Notes: generated by a model not told the origin, from the letters alone. DNA of 64,000 nt from Candidatus Sumerlaeaceae bacterium (GCA_051003195.1 JBPCLP010000001.1:39838-103837), one strand, 5' to 3'; shown: positions 40,594-51,659, counted from the first letter of the stretch. Numbers and translations are program-made.

Positions 40594-41979
40594 TTAATAC
40601 TCGTTTGGAAAAAGAATGCCTTGAACCGTGTACTCGTCAACCTCTCCTTGTGGGGGCAGTGGCGCATTGAGCCTGGTTACAGTGCCTGCTTCGAGCGCTA
40701 CTCTGAACAGTTCTTCGACGCTATCCACCGCCTGGTCAGCAAGATACAAAACTCCGGCCCCTCGTGGTTCTAACAGGAAGCTGCGGACACCTCTGTCCTG
40801 CAGCAGTGGAAGGTTCAGCTGATTTACGACACCTGTTATGGTATTTATGCGGTATAGCTCTCTTTGGTCTACGACTTCCTGGTCGGCGGTGTAGATGACA
40901 TTGATTCCGTCTGGATGGATCTGAAATATCTCCACATCGCCGCCCGGAATCAGCGGCGGGGTCAACTGCGACACGACACTCGTCAGCAGGTCTACTTTAA
41001 ACAGTTCATGATCGCCGTCTGCATCCTGGTCCGCGCGATACACCACAAAAGCGCCTTTGCGGTCAATCTGGTATCCGTCGCTGACATCGCGGTTGCCTGA
41101 GAGCGGCGGATTGAGTTTGCTGACCTGGCCGGTTTTCAACACCACGCGATAAAGCTCGCGCACCGAATCGATATCCTGGTCGGCAAGATACAAGACACTC
41201 GCGCCCTTGTAATCGATCCGAAACGAACTGACGCTACCACCACTGCCCATAGGCGCGTTCAGCTTAATGACCGAGCCGGTCCGCAGATCCGCCAGGTAGA
41301 GCTCGCTTACTCCATTTACCTCCTGGTCAGCCCGGTAAACAACAAACCGGCTCTTCGCATCGATGGCAAACTCACTTACATCGCCATCCGTGACCAGGGG
41401 TGGATTCAATTTGGTCACCACGCGGGTTTTAATATCCACCCGGAATAATTCATAGACACCATCGACTTCCTGATCGGCCTGGTACACCACGAAGCGGCCC
41501 TTCGGATCGATTGCAAAATCCTGGATATCTCCACCGGGAACCAGTGGCGGATTGAGTTTCGTGCCGATTCCTGTTTTCAGGTCCACGCGATATAATTCGC
41601 GAACGTCAGTCGTGTCCTGTTCCCCCACATACACAACGCTTGCACCTTTGGCGTCTACTGCGTAACCATGGAAACTCGTGCCGTCGAGCATGGGTGGAGT
41701 CAGCGGCAACACCGTGCCCGTCTTGAGGTCCGCACGGTAAAGTCGATAAATATCCAGGATTTCCTGGTCTGCCTCATAGATGATACTGGTGCCTTTGGGA
41801 TGAACGACAGCCGAATAGACGCCTGCGTCCGGTGGGAGTGGCAAATTGACCTTAATGACTGCGCTTGTTTTCGGAATGACGGCGTATAGCTCGCGCACCC
41901 CAGTGACGTCTGCGATGTAAGTGATGAGGCTGCCAGCAGCCGTGGCTGCTCCGCTGCACAGCAGCAACATGGCCGCCAT
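40594..41979 (-). CDS. Secreted TolB-like beta-propeller with ~50-aa repeats
   Basis: About 9 repeats of KLNPPL...F.IDPKG..VVY.ADQE.D...EL.RVD; signal-like segment; start uncertain. Confidence 0.8.
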   Translation of the reverse strand: MAAMLLLCSGAATAAGSLITYIADVTGVRELYAVIPKTSAVIKVNLPLPPDAGVYSAVVHPKGTSIIYEADQEILDIYRLYRADLKTGTVLPLTPPMLDGTSFHGYAVDAKGASVVYVGEQDTTDVRELYRVDLKTGIGTKLNPPLVPGGDIQDFAIDPKGRFVVYQADQEVDGVYELFRVDIKTRVVTKLNPPLVTDGDVSEFAIDAKSRFVVYRADQEVNGVSELYLADLRTGSVIKLNAPMGSGGSVSSFRIDYKGASVLYLADQDIDSVRELYRVVLKTGQVSKLNPPLSGNRDVSDGYQIDRKGAFVVYRADQDADGDHELFKVDLLTSVVSQLTPPLIPGGDVEIFQIHPDGINVIYTADQEVVDQRELYRINTITGVVNQLNLPLLQDRGVRSFLLEPRGAGVLYLADQAVDSVEELFRVALEAGTVTRLNAPLPPQGEVDEYTVQGILFPNEY

Positions 41980-42144
41980 AAAAGTTGTGGGCACCAGACG
42001 AAGTGACAACAGCGTGGTCCGAGCTGTGCGGCAGAGATTTTTGGGCTGTGCAAGGGCCGGCGTACCGCACGGTTTATGAGCGACGTTGCGAGTTGCGCGT
42101 ACCAAGGTTTTTTTCAAAGCAGGTCTCCCGTCGTTCAGACACTG

Positions 42145-42240
42145 AAAATCGGGGGCAGTATAATTTCCCTTTTTGCATAGTGCAAATCGAAAGTTACCGA
42201 AGCGTGCCCCGATTTGCAAGAGTCGTTGTGACAGACGAGC
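42145..42240 (+). pseudogene. 5' remnant of a REP-associated Y1 transposase with its left flank
   Basis: GTG at 42204 reads VPRFARVVVTDE versus MPRFARVVVTGE at 60638; upstream GGGGGCAGTATAATTTCCCTTTTTGCAT parallels 60578-60606. Confidence 0.75.
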
Positions 42241-42582
42241 GCTGCGTCAGTCAGCAGCGGACCGCGTTTTTTTAACTCCACGATCGGCCCGCATCAAACC
42301 ACACAGCGGGATTTTAACTCCCCGGAACGCCTTGCAAGGCGGCGCAGTCCTCTCCGCTGCAACAATTCTCTACCGTCCCAGTAGTTTTCCCTTGCGTTCG
42401 TGTTAAGGGGTGCTACACGTGGCGCGCCAAAAAACGCAATAGCTGGTTTTATGCACCAGTCTAACGCCTTTTTTGAGAAAATAAAGAAGCACGCCAGTCT
42501 GGCCAGACGCTATGTAATCAACAAGATCGCTGGTTATACGCCGCCTGTTCACTTCGTGTCCTTCTGAAGAATAGGGCTTTCC

Positions 42583-44643
42583 GTGAATTTCCCATTGGGG
42601 AAGTGCGAGCAGAAGGGATCGCGACAGGAGCGGTTTACTTGCGGGGCATTTCTCGTATCAATGTGTTTTGGCGCCATGGCGGCAAAACCGGTGGTTACCG
42701 CGCCCTTAGAACAGACCGGCTCGTACGAGCGTAAGGCAATTGTAGAACCCCGCGCCGCCGTAATGGATGTTTTGCTGTCCGGTTCGCCTGAAGTAACAAT
42801 GAAGTCCGTAGCGCTTGCCGACGGAACCATGGCTGATTTTGAGATGGAACGGGTGCAGGTGTTCTGCGATGACGCGGTTGTTGTCACCTTCAACGGCGAA
42901 ACAACTGCGGCAGTTACCGGGCTCGAACCCGTCACCTACCGGGGGCATGGCATTGGGAAGCCGGAACAAATTATCTTTGTGAGCGTCACGCCAGGAGCAG
43001 GCGCTAATTCCGTGGCACCGGAAATGTGGATGGTAGTATCTGACCCGACTCAGACCACACTGCTCGAGCCGACAAAAACCGCCAAGGGTAGCGTACACCA
43101 TCTGCTTTCCCTGGCGGAGACATCTGAATTGGAGAACATGCAATGCGACTCGGACAATCTGCCTGAGAACAGCACAATGCGCGAAACCTTCTCTGCGCGG
43201 AAAACGCGCGCAATAAGCACTGACATCACCTATGACGCCCAGTTGCTCCTGGATGTCAGCTATTCGCTATATTCTCAGAGGTTTAGCTCCGACGCCACAG
43301 CTGCAAGAAATTATGTGACGAACCTGGTGGGTGCTGTGTCGACCATCTACAAGCGCGACATCAATACGGTGCTCTCCGTGAAACAACTCGTGATCTGGAC
43401 TACGCCGGATCCGTTTGGGACAACCAGCACGCCGTCGCAAATATCAAACTACCGGAACTACAATACGACGTATCGCGCGACTGTGGCTCGCAATGCGTCA
43501 CACCTTCTCAGTTACGCACCCGGCCTTGGAGGCGTCGGCATTATCGGCGGGCTTTGCCAGGGGCAGAATGATTGCGCCGTAAGCAATCTGAACGGTAACG
43601 CTGTCTTTAGTGTTTCGAGTTACCAGTGGGACTTGTATGTCTTTGCTCATGAATTAGGTCACACGTTCAGCTCACCCCATACGCATAATTACAATCCCCC
43701 GATCGACTGTTGCGCAACCGATGGCGGCAGCGCGTGTCCCTCGGCCGTGGGCCAGGCCGGCACATTGATGAGCTATTGCCACCGCAATGGCACTATGACG
43801 ATGAACTTTCACGAACGTTGCATTTCTGTCATGCGTTCCGCCGCCGAGGGGGCAGCATGCCTTGGCGTGTATGTCCCTCCCAAATACCCGCAAATAAGCG
43901 TGCGGTGGCAAGGAACACAGATCTCAAGCGGCGACCGCGCACCGAGCACTGCGGATGGGACAGATTATGGGACGGTGGAGATTGCAGCCAATGTTACACG
44001 CACATTCACGATCACAAACACAGGAACGGCTGACCTGCAATTGACAGGCAATCCGGCTATTGCGATCTCGGGCGTTGGGGCCGGCGATTTTGCAGTGACC
44101 GCATCGCCTCAAACGCTCATCGCCCCCGGTGCAGCAACGACCTTCTCGGTGCGCTTCTCACCATCTGCTGGTGGCGGGCGCACGGCCGGTGTCTCCATTG
44201 CAAGCAACGACCCGCAAGGTAACCCTTTCGGGTTTGATGTGCAAGGCCAGGCCCCTGTGCCAGCACCCAGCGCAGATTTAACCTGCTTCTGGCTGGCAGA
44301 AGCCACGCAGGTCGCAAAGCAGTCAGCGCTTGGGGTAAGCTATAGTGTACGGGCTACCCTGTATGCAGGAAACGTGGGGGTGCTTCCTTCGTCCGGAGGT
44401 GACGTTGTGGAATACTACCTTTCGGGCGATACCGTCCTGGATGCAACCGATGTTAAAATCGGGACGCGAACATTGTCTGCACTTAAACCGAATGTAGCCG
44501 GTAAGGCGCCGAAATGGAAAAAGCTTAAAATCAAAAGCAAACTTTCGTGGAGTGCGTCTGGAGCCCACCTGCTGGGAGTCGTCAAACCTGTGACCGACGG
44601 TAACGCGTCCAATAACCTGGCCATAAGCCCGGTCGTCAGATAG
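42583..44643 (+). CDS. Secreted M12/reprolysin-like zinc metallopeptidase with Ig-like (choice-of-anchor D) and CARDB-like C-terminal domains
   Basis: HELGHTFSSPH zinc motif, GTLMSY Met-turn, FTITNTG...IASND; start uncertain. Confidence 0.85.
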   Translation: MNFPLGKCEQKGSRQERFTCGAFLVSMCFGAMAAKPVVTAPLEQTGSYERKAIVEPRAAVMDVLLSGSPEVTMKSVALADGTMADFEMERVQVFCDDAVVVTFNGETTAAVTGLEPVTYRGHGIGKPEQIIFVSVTPGAGANSVAPEMWMVVSDPTQTTLLEPTKTAKGSVHHLLSLAETSELENMQCDSDNLPENSTMRETFSARKTRAISTDITYDAQLLLDVSYSLYSQRFSSDATAARNYVTNLVGAVSTIYKRDINTVLSVKQLVIWTTPDPFGTTSTPSQISNYRNYNTTYRATVARNASHLLSYAPGLGGVGIIGGLCQGQNDCAVSNLNGNAVFSVSSYQWDLYVFAHELGHTFSSPHTHNYNPPIDCCATDGGSACPSAVGQAGTLMSYCHRNGTMTMNFHERCISVMRSAAEGAACLGVYVPPKYPQISVRWQGTQISSGDRAPSTADGTDYGTVEIAANVTRTFTITNTGTADLQLTGNPAIAISGVGAGDFAVTASPQTLIAPGAATTFSVRFSPSAGGGRTAGVSIASNDPQGNPFGFDVQGQAPVPAPSADLTCFWLAEATQVAKQSALGVSYSVRATLYAGNVGVLPSSGGDVVEYYLSGDTVLDATDVKIGTRTLSALKPNVAGKAPKWKKLKIKSKLSWSASGAHLLGVVKPVTDGNASNNLAISPVVR

Positions 44644-45262
44644 CGGTAGAGGGTACACGTTACATTTAGGAAGCCTGCAGGTTATACCAAACTGCTTGCT
44701 GGTTTTACCTTTTTGGTGTAGTACTGACCCAATTCGAAGGCGTCCACTTATTAAGTTCGCGCAATTGTTAAAATATTGTGCCCTTCCTGGCTGGAGCCAA
44801 GCGTGCTGCCGTGAGCCTTGTAGCAGGCAATGTTGCACCCAATACAAACAGACCGCTCGACTATCTTCGCGCACATCCGTAATTATCCGAATTCCGGCAC
44901 ATAATTAGCTCAGCATAAGCTCTGCATCGATCAAGTTCTTCACTTGCGCCAAGAGACGCAGCGAAATGAACTGATAGTGAGGCTACCGGACTGGAATTCC
45001 CCGTGGCCCCGCAAGCCGCGCAATTTCGTACGCGCAGCGAAAGATCAAATTTAGCCCCCCCCGCCAGCGCAGCTGAGCGCCGCTAAATATCAATTAACAC
45101 CGCCATCGTTCCATAATCGTTTCCGACCTGTCCCGGCCGCTATTTGCCGCGGCATGCCGCTGCCCCACCGCGACGACTTCCCGTTTCGGCCTGGTGGTCT
45201 GCGTCCTGCTGCCGCGCGTTGTTGCCTGGATTCGCGGAGGCACACCATATGTAAGGAGAAGC

Positions 45263-48200
45263 ATGAACATGACTACCTCCAGCCGAAATCCGCTGAGATC
45301 ACCTGCAGATTTAATAAGGACCTTCGGGCAACATGCGAAGAACCTGGTCGCCGCCGCACTCGGCGTTGCACTGATTGGAAGTTCTGTCCTCGCACAGGCA
45401 CAATTACCCGGTGAATCATCAGATGTTGGTATTACTAAAACGGCGCCTGCGAATACCACTGTAGGGTCGAATATCACGTACACCATCGTCGTCACAAATC
45501 ATGGGCCTGGCCCCGCGACCGGTGTGACGATGGTCGATGTATTACCACTTGGAGCAACTTACGTTTCTTCCTCCAGCACCGTCGGGACTACGTCCAACGT
45601 ACTGGGAACCGAGACCGCAACGATCGGCAATCTCGCCAGTGGCCAGTCCGCCACGATTCTCCTGACGGCCACTGCCGGCCTGGTTGGCCTTCTGCCGAAC
45701 TCGGCAGCGGTCGTCTCGACCAGCCTGGATCTCAACCAGGTAAATAACGTCGCCCTTGCAAGTACAGAAGTGGGCCCATCGACGGCTTCCAGCGATGTTG
45801 GGATTACAAAGACTGCACCTGCATCGGCGGTTATCGGCAGCAACTTCGATTACACGCTGACGGTGACAAACAATGGTCCGGATACGGCCGTGGGCATTAC
45901 TGCCATGGATGTGCTGCCGCTTAACGTTACATACGTGTCATCTTCCAGCACAGTTGGTACCACGTCGTTTGAACTGGGTATCGTGACGGCATCAATTCCA
46001 TCGCTGGCTTCCGGCGCTTCCGCTGTCATCACGATCACGGTGCAGGCAAACCTCGCCGGCCCCGTAGTGAACACGGCCGAAGTCAGCGTGCTTTCGCTCG
46101 ATTCCAATCCGCTTAACAACGTCGCGATCACAATCACTAACCTTGGCGTGGGCGGATCAGCGGCTTCGGATATCTCGGTCAACAAGCTTGCCCCGGCAAG
46201 CGCAGCGCTTGGATCGAACTTCGATTACACAATCGTTGTTACGAATTCAGGTCCTGACGCTGCAACAGGCGTTGAGTTGCTCGACGTGCTACCCCCAATC
46301 GTGACCTACGTTTCATCGTCCTCCACAATCGGCACGACGTCGTTTGCCGCGATTCCCGGTACAGTAACAGCAAGCATTGGAACACTGGCTGCCGGCGCAT
46401 CGGCAACGGTTACAATCACTGTCACGGCGACACTACCCGGTGTAGCAGTTAACACGGCCACGGCGAATCTTACCTCGCTGGACGCGACCCCACTCAACAA
46501 CGTCGACGTGACCGAAACGCTGATCCTGACTGGTGAACTATTACCTGTCGATGTCAGCATCGTGAAGTCTGCGCCCGCAACTGCAGTCCAGGGCACGAAC
46601 TTTACCTACACGCTTACGGTCGCCAATGCTGGCCCCAACACTGCCAGCAATGTTATCGTCACAGACGTACTGCCAGTCCAGGTCGCTCCCGTATCGGCTG
46701 CCAGTACCGCAGGTACCCCCAGCTTTACCGGAAACGTAATGACTGTTTCGCTCGGTGATATGGCCGCGGGAGCAACGCATACGATTACCGTTCTCGTTAC
46801 GGCAAACCTGTCTGGCCTTGCGGTTAACACAGCCGAAGTTGTCTCCGCTTCACCAGATGCGATGCTTCTGAACAACATCAGCGCTGTGACGACGATTATC
46901 CTGCCGGCCGGCACAGGCAACACGGCCAACCTGTCTATCAATAAGCAGGGCCCGGCCAATGCAACGCAGGGTAGTTCCTTCGCATATACGCTCACCGTCA
47001 CGAACACCGGCCCTAACCCGGCAGTTAACGTTGTTGTCACGGATGTGCTGCCTGCCCAGGTAACGTATGTATCGTCATCGGCAAGCGCCGGATCTACCAG
47101 TCAGAACCTTGGAGTAGTGACCGCTAACCTTGGTGACATGGCTGTGGGCCAGGTGCAAACCGTCACGATTAACGTTACAGCAAGCCTCATTGGTATTGCT
47201 GCGAATACGGCAGTGGTTAACTCGTCCACGGTTGATCCAGCCCCGGCGGACAATTCAGACGTAGTTCTCACGACGATTACTACGGGTATACCACCGGTAC
47301 TGTCAGCAAATGTAGCTATTGTGAAATCGGCTCCCGCTGCCGCAACGGTAGGCAATAACTTCAACTACACGCTTACGGTTAGCAACAACGGTCCCGACGC
47401 TGCCATAGCAGTGGTTGTGACGGACGTGCTTCCTGCGCAGGTGAGCTACGTAACAGGCTCTTCGACCGCGGGAACTGTTTCTCACGTCGCGGGCGTTGTG
47501 ACAGCGCAGCTTGGCAACATGGCCTCAGGTGCAGTCGCTACCATTAGCATAACGGTTAGCGCAAACGTGCCCGGCCTGGCCGTGAATACAGCCCAGGTGT
47601 TTACCACGTCGGTTGATGCCAACGGCACGAACAACATCAGCACCGCAAGCACGCTGATTGGATCGGGTGGAATCTCGGCCCTGCCAACCAACCTGTCGAT
47701 CACCAAGTCAGCATCCGCTGATTTCGTGGAGGCCGGAACTACATTTACCTACACGCTGGTCTACCAGAACAATGGTCCTAACGTGGGCGTGAATGTCCAG
47801 GTTGCAGATACGATGCCTGCCGGGCTCACGATTCTGTCGGTCAGTGCGACTGGTGGCGGTGTTGTAAACTCCAGCTCCAGCGCGATGACCGTGGATTACG
47901 CGGTTTTCCCAGCCGGCACGTCACAAAGCGCTGTCATCCTGGTGTATATCCAGCCTTCGACGATCGGAATCGTAACGAACACCGCTACGATTTCAGGAGC
48001 GAACGAGGAGACGACCCAAGGCGATAACAGTGCTTCCGCAACCATCCTCGTGGATGCGTTTACACCGGGCTGCGGACCTGACCTTGGCGGTGCCTGGCCG
48101 GTTACCACGTCCATCCAGAGAGCCACCACGACTTCGCTCGGCTACAAAGCTAAAGTGAAGTTCCTTGGAAAGATCTACATCACCAACCTTGGCAGTGTGG

Positions 48201-48478
48201 TCACAACACCCACCCTGGCCCGCTATTTCCTGTCGACGGATCAGAAGTGGGACTCAGGCGACCTGCTGGTCGGAGCAAAGAAGATCAAACCAATTAAGCC
48301 CGGAGCCTTTAAGAAGCTCAAGGTGAAAGCCAAAATTCCAATCGGTATTAATCCAACAGGCAAGTACCTGCTGGTCGTGATCGGGAACCCGGCTTTCGAT
48401 AGCGTGGAGGAATGTCGTCAGAGTAACAACTTCTTAATCTCGTCGAAGATTCCGCCGCCACTTCCTAAGAAGAGATAG
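45263..48478 (+). CDS. Large secreted DUF11-repeat adhesin-like protein (7 repeats) with CARDB-like C-terminus
   Basis: AAGGAG RBS, signal peptide, repeats D/N-x-x-I-x-K...YTxxVxNxGP...DVLP...NN. Confidence 0.9.
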   Translation: MNMTTSSRNPLRSPADLIRTFGQHAKNLVAAALGVALIGSSVLAQAQLPGESSDVGITKTAPANTTVGSNITYTIVVTNHGPGPATGVTMVDVLPLGATYVSSSSTVGTTSNVLGTETATIGNLASGQSATILLTATAGLVGLLPNSAAVVSTSLDLNQVNNVALASTEVGPSTASSDVGITKTAPASAVIGSNFDYTLTVTNNGPDTAVGITAMDVLPLNVTYVSSSSTVGTTSFELGIVTASIPSLASGASAVITITVQANLAGPVVNTAEVSVLSLDSNPLNNVAITITNLGVGGSAASDISVNKLAPASAALGSNFDYTIVVTNSGPDAATGVELLDVLPPIVTYVSSSSTIGTTSFAAIPGTVTASIGTLAAGASATVTITVTATLPGVAVNTATANLTSLDATPLNNVDVTETLILTGELLPVDVSIVKSAPATAVQGTNFTYTLTVANAGPNTASNVIVTDVLPVQVAPVSAASTAGTPSFTGNVMTVSLGDMAAGATHTITVLVTANLSGLAVNTAEVVSASPDAMLLNNISAVTTIILPAGTGNTANLSINKQGPANATQGSSFAYTLTVTNTGPNPAVNVVVTDVLPAQVTYVSSSASAGSTSQNLGVVTANLGDMAVGQVQTVTINVTASLIGIAANTAVVNSSTVDPAPADNSDVVLTTITTGIPPVLSANVAIVKSAPAAATVGNNFNYTLTVSNNGPDAAIAVVVTDVLPAQVSYVTGSSTAGTVSHVAGVVTAQLGNMASGAVATISITVSANVPGLAVNTAQVFTTSVDANGTNNISTASTLIGSGGISALPTNLSITKSASADFVEAGTTFTYTLVYQNNGPNVGVNVQVADTMPAGLTILSVSATGGGVVNSSSSAMTVDYAVFPAGTSQSAVILVYIQPSTIGIVTNTATISGANEETTQGDNSASATILVDAFTPGCGPDLGGAWPVTTSIQRATTTSLGYKAKVKFLGKIYITNLGSVVTTPTLARYFLSTDQKWDSGDLLVGAKKIKPIKPGAFKKLKVKAKIPIGINPTGKYLLVVIGNPAFDSVEECRQSNNFLISSKIPPPLPKKR

Positions 48479-48507
48479 AACGAGAAACATTCTCGGCAGA
48501 TGCTGAG

Positions 48508-48540
48508 GGCAGGTGGAGTAACTCTCCACCTGCCTTTTTT
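48508..48540 (+). terminator. Intrinsic terminator
   Basis: GGCAGGTGGAG-TAACT-CTCCACCTGCC-TTTTTT. Confidence 0.85.
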
Positions 48541-49095
48541 CGTTCATAATAAACCTCGAGGCTGTTTCGAGGCCGGTCAGGTTTGGTACACAAACTCTTG
48601 TCTTGCACAGGTCGCCGCTGAAAGCACCCGCGGGGAGGCGATAGGCCAAACGGATGCATGGGCCTGGGCGCCCGGCAAACCGGAACTTACAGTTCGGGAG
48701 CAGATGACAACTCTACGTCGCGTGGAGAACTTCCTTTCTCCAAACCAATGGTCCTTATCATGGACGTCCCTGAATTAGCGCTCTAGTCCATTATTCCAGA
48801 ACAGTGGACTTTTCTGGAATAAGAGACCCCTTTATTCCAGAAACTGGCCTATCGTTTTGTGCTTGGACGGCTTTTTCGCCGGGGGGCCGGCCCGGCGATT
48901 GACGTGCGGGTGGTCTACGGCAAGAGTGTCCCGGATTTATTTTCCAGTTTTTTTTCCGATGTGGAGCAGTGGCGCGCGGTTTGCCTACCTTAAAAGCCGA
49001 TTGTAATTTTAACCCTTTGCATCGTTCGCGATAACCAGCTGCGAGCAATTGCCTGGTGCGTTGTGCAAACCAATTTGCTTTAATGGGGAGAGAAA

Positions 49096-50727
49096 ATGCA
49101 GAGTCCCAGGATTTCATTCCACAAGGCTGCAGTTGTCCTAATCGCGACCTGCGCAGCTTTTCAAACCAATCAGGCGGCGGCTGGAACGGCTGCGTCGACT
49201 GACTTGAGCATTGAAAAGGTTGCGTCCACCAGCCCCATTGCCGCAGGTGAGGTAGAGACCTTTACCATAATTGTTACGAATAACGGCCCCAATGCAGCGG
49301 ACGGCACAGTGGTTAACGACGCGCTGCCCTCGGGTGCTACTTTCGTTTCCGTGTCGGATCCCGGGGGTTTTTGCACGGAAACCAGTGGAGTCGTGAACTG
49401 CTCGCTGGGACGCTTAGAGCCCAACACTTCGCAGACCATAACGATACAGGCAACATTGAATGCCAACGGTCAGGTCATAAACACGGCCAACGTGCGCTAT
49501 CAAGGTGGGTGCGACTTCGACCAGACTAACAACTCAGCATCGGCTACGGTAACGGTTACAGCGGGGGGGCAGGGCCCCGGCTCCGATCTGCAAATTACGA
49601 AGACCGATCTGCAGGATCCCGTTGCTGTCGGCAGCATCTTGACCTACCAGATTGATGTTGTAAATAATGGACCTGCCGATGCCCAGGACGTGGTTTTTAC
49701 TGACAAGTTGCCTTCTGGCGCGGATTTTATAAGTGTAAGCTCTTCGGCAAGCGACAGCTGTACGGAACTCGATGGAATTGTTAGTTGTAATATCGGCACC
49801 CTCGTAAATGGCACATCAGCTACGGTGCTGGTAAGTGTGCGCCCGAACTTTGGCGGACTCATTGCAAATTCCGCCTCCGCTCGCAGCAGCACCAACCAGT
49901 CGGCCCAGTTGTCCAACAATACAGTTACTGAATTCACGACGGTGACAGGTCTACCCCTGTGTTTGTGCTGCGAGGCGCAAGAGCCTGTAGATTTAGAGGT
50001 CATCAAAACGGACAGCCCCGATCCCGCTATTGTCGGGCAGCCGCTTACATACACGATTACGGCAACTAATGTGGGGACAACTTCTGCCACCGGAGTACTT
50101 GTTACAGATACTCTCCCCGGAAGCGTGACCTTCGTCTCAGCTACAAGCACAGGTGGCACATGCAGCCGCAATGGCCAGAAGGTGACATGTACACTTGGCA
50201 CCTTACAACCTGGCGAAAACGATATCATTACGATACAGGTAATTCCAACCGCATCCGGCACAATAACCAATACGGTTACCATCACTTCAATTCAATCGGA
50301 CCTTGACGCCCAGGACAATACGGATACGGAAACGACAACTGTGTTCGCGGGTGAGCAGTGCCCGGACCTGACCGGCATGTTCGTCCAACAACCGGTTGCA
50401 CAGTGCAGTACGCGCAAGCTTACACAACGATGCAAGGTGACCGCGACATTCGCTGTGCAGAACCTGGGAATCATACCCTCGGAAAAATCGGACGTCGTAT
50501 TGTACGTGTCCAACGATGCGGTACTCGACGTGGGTGATACAAAGGTGGGCTGTTTTAAAGCAAAAGTGCTGAAATCAGGTGGGAACAAGCTGATAAAGAT
50601 CAAGTTCACCAGGCCCGCCGACGTAATAGGCGATTTCCTGTTCGTTGGGATTGACCCCTGCAAACTCACGCCTGAGTGCAATGAGCAGAACAACATCATC
50701 ATGAGTGGCCCGATTACCGGGCTTTAG
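49096..50727 (+). CDS. Secreted DUF11-repeat protein (3 repeats) with CARDB-like C-terminus
   Basis: Signal peptide; DLSIEK/DLQITK/DLEVIK repeats. Confidence 0.9.
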   Translation: MQSPRISFHKAAVVLIATCAAFQTNQAAAGTAASTDLSIEKVASTSPIAAGEVETFTIIVTNNGPNAADGTVVNDALPSGATFVSVSDPGGFCTETSGVVNCSLGRLEPNTSQTITIQATLNANGQVINTANVRYQGGCDFDQTNNSASATVTVTAGGQGPGSDLQITKTDLQDPVAVGSILTYQIDVVNNGPADAQDVVFTDKLPSGADFISVSSSASDSCTELDGIVSCNIGTLVNGTSATVLVSVRPNFGGLIANSASARSSTNQSAQLSNNTVTEFTTVTGLPLCLCCEAQEPVDLEVIKTDSPDPAIVGQPLTYTITATNVGTTSATGVLVTDTLPGSVTFVSATSTGGTCSRNGQKVTCTLGTLQPGENDIITIQVIPTASGTITNTVTITSIQSDLDAQDNTDTETTTVFAGEQCPDLTGMFVQQPVAQCSTRKLTQRCKVTATFAVQNLGIIPSEKSDVVLYVSNDAVLDVGDTKVGCFKAKVLKSGGNKLIKIKFTRPADVIGDFLFVGIDPCKLTPECNEQNNIIMSGPITGL

Positions 50728-50948
50728 ATCACAACGGTACCGGGGGTTCCTGCTTGAATGAACCACCGGTATTTTCCCCTAAAACACCGGATCCGGCTTG
50801 GTCACAGCCACAAGCAGTTGATGCAATTAGCGAGGGAGGCGTTCGTTCCTTAAACGCTTGATTTCCCTTGATAAGGGCTTTGTGCCGGTACTCTGACATA
50901 ATAATAATACTGATTTTTGGCAATGCCATAAAGGAGATTTCATTGGAA

Positions 50949-51092
50949 ATGCAGAAAGCAGAATTCGAGGCGCCGACACCAGGCAAGGTGTATGAAGCTC
51001 CTCGCATCGAAATGGTGCTGGAAGCTGCGGAAATTGAGCGTGAGATGTTCTATGCAGGCGGAATAACCTGCCCGGACTGCTTCCCAACATAG
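50949..51092 (+). CDS. Small RiPP-precursor-like peptide (47 aa)
   Basis: AAGGAG upstream; YEAPRIE leader-like motif, EIEREMFYAG, C-terminal GITCPDCFPT. Confidence 0.6.
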   Translation: MQKAEFEAPTPGKVYEAPRIEMVLEAAEIEREMFYAGGITCPDCFPT

Positions 51093-51365
51093 CAACTGCG
51101 AGAAAGAGTGCTGAAGCAGCTTCTTTCCTGGAGTCTCCTCATTCGGCGAGGACCGGCACGGTGAAAACCTAATAAAGTCAGCAAATCGTCATGGCATCTC
51201 TCCTCCAACGCGCTGGCTGTAGCGAGAAAGTGGTCGCTTACGGGATAGCCGTCGACTGGTGAACCAGGCTGCACTGCTCCTTCCAGCGCGGTGCAACTTT
51301 GGCCGCCTCGATCAGCAAGCATGCGCTGCACACTGTTGGTTACAATCTCCGCGTTTAGGCTGCCC

Positions 51366-51571
51366 TTTGACGCGACGATCGGGCGCAGCATCAGCGGGTG
51401 TGCCGCTTTCAGTTCGGCTGCGTGCGGCTTGAAAAAATGGTAGATCCAACCCGTGAACAGCGTCGCTTCCATCGCGCCAATCCACCGCTCGCCAATCGAG
51501 CGAACCCACTCGGCCAGGCTGCGACGGTTGGCGGCCACCTTGCCCTGGCTGTGCAGCGCGCCATCGGTCCT
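51366..51571 (-). pseudogene. IS110-family transposase N-terminal (DEDD) fragment
   Basis: RTDGALHSQGKVAANRRSLAEWVRSIGERWIGAMEATLFTGWIYHFFKPHAAELKAAHPLMLRPIVASK resembles the IS110 MEAT...WIY...AHP...KxD region and breaks before KND. Confidence 0.65.
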
Positions 51572-51659
51572 TTGGGCGCTTTTGGTATTGACTCAGCGTC
51601 TCGCGACGCTACCTTAAACAGGTAGTTGTTAAACCAGCCTTTTCCCCCGGAGTTTTGCC

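Noticed and set aside
48674..48710. c-di-GMP-I riboswitch-like GGCAAACC...GGGAGCA
   Set aside because: No GNRA tetraloop and no recognisable second stem or receptor
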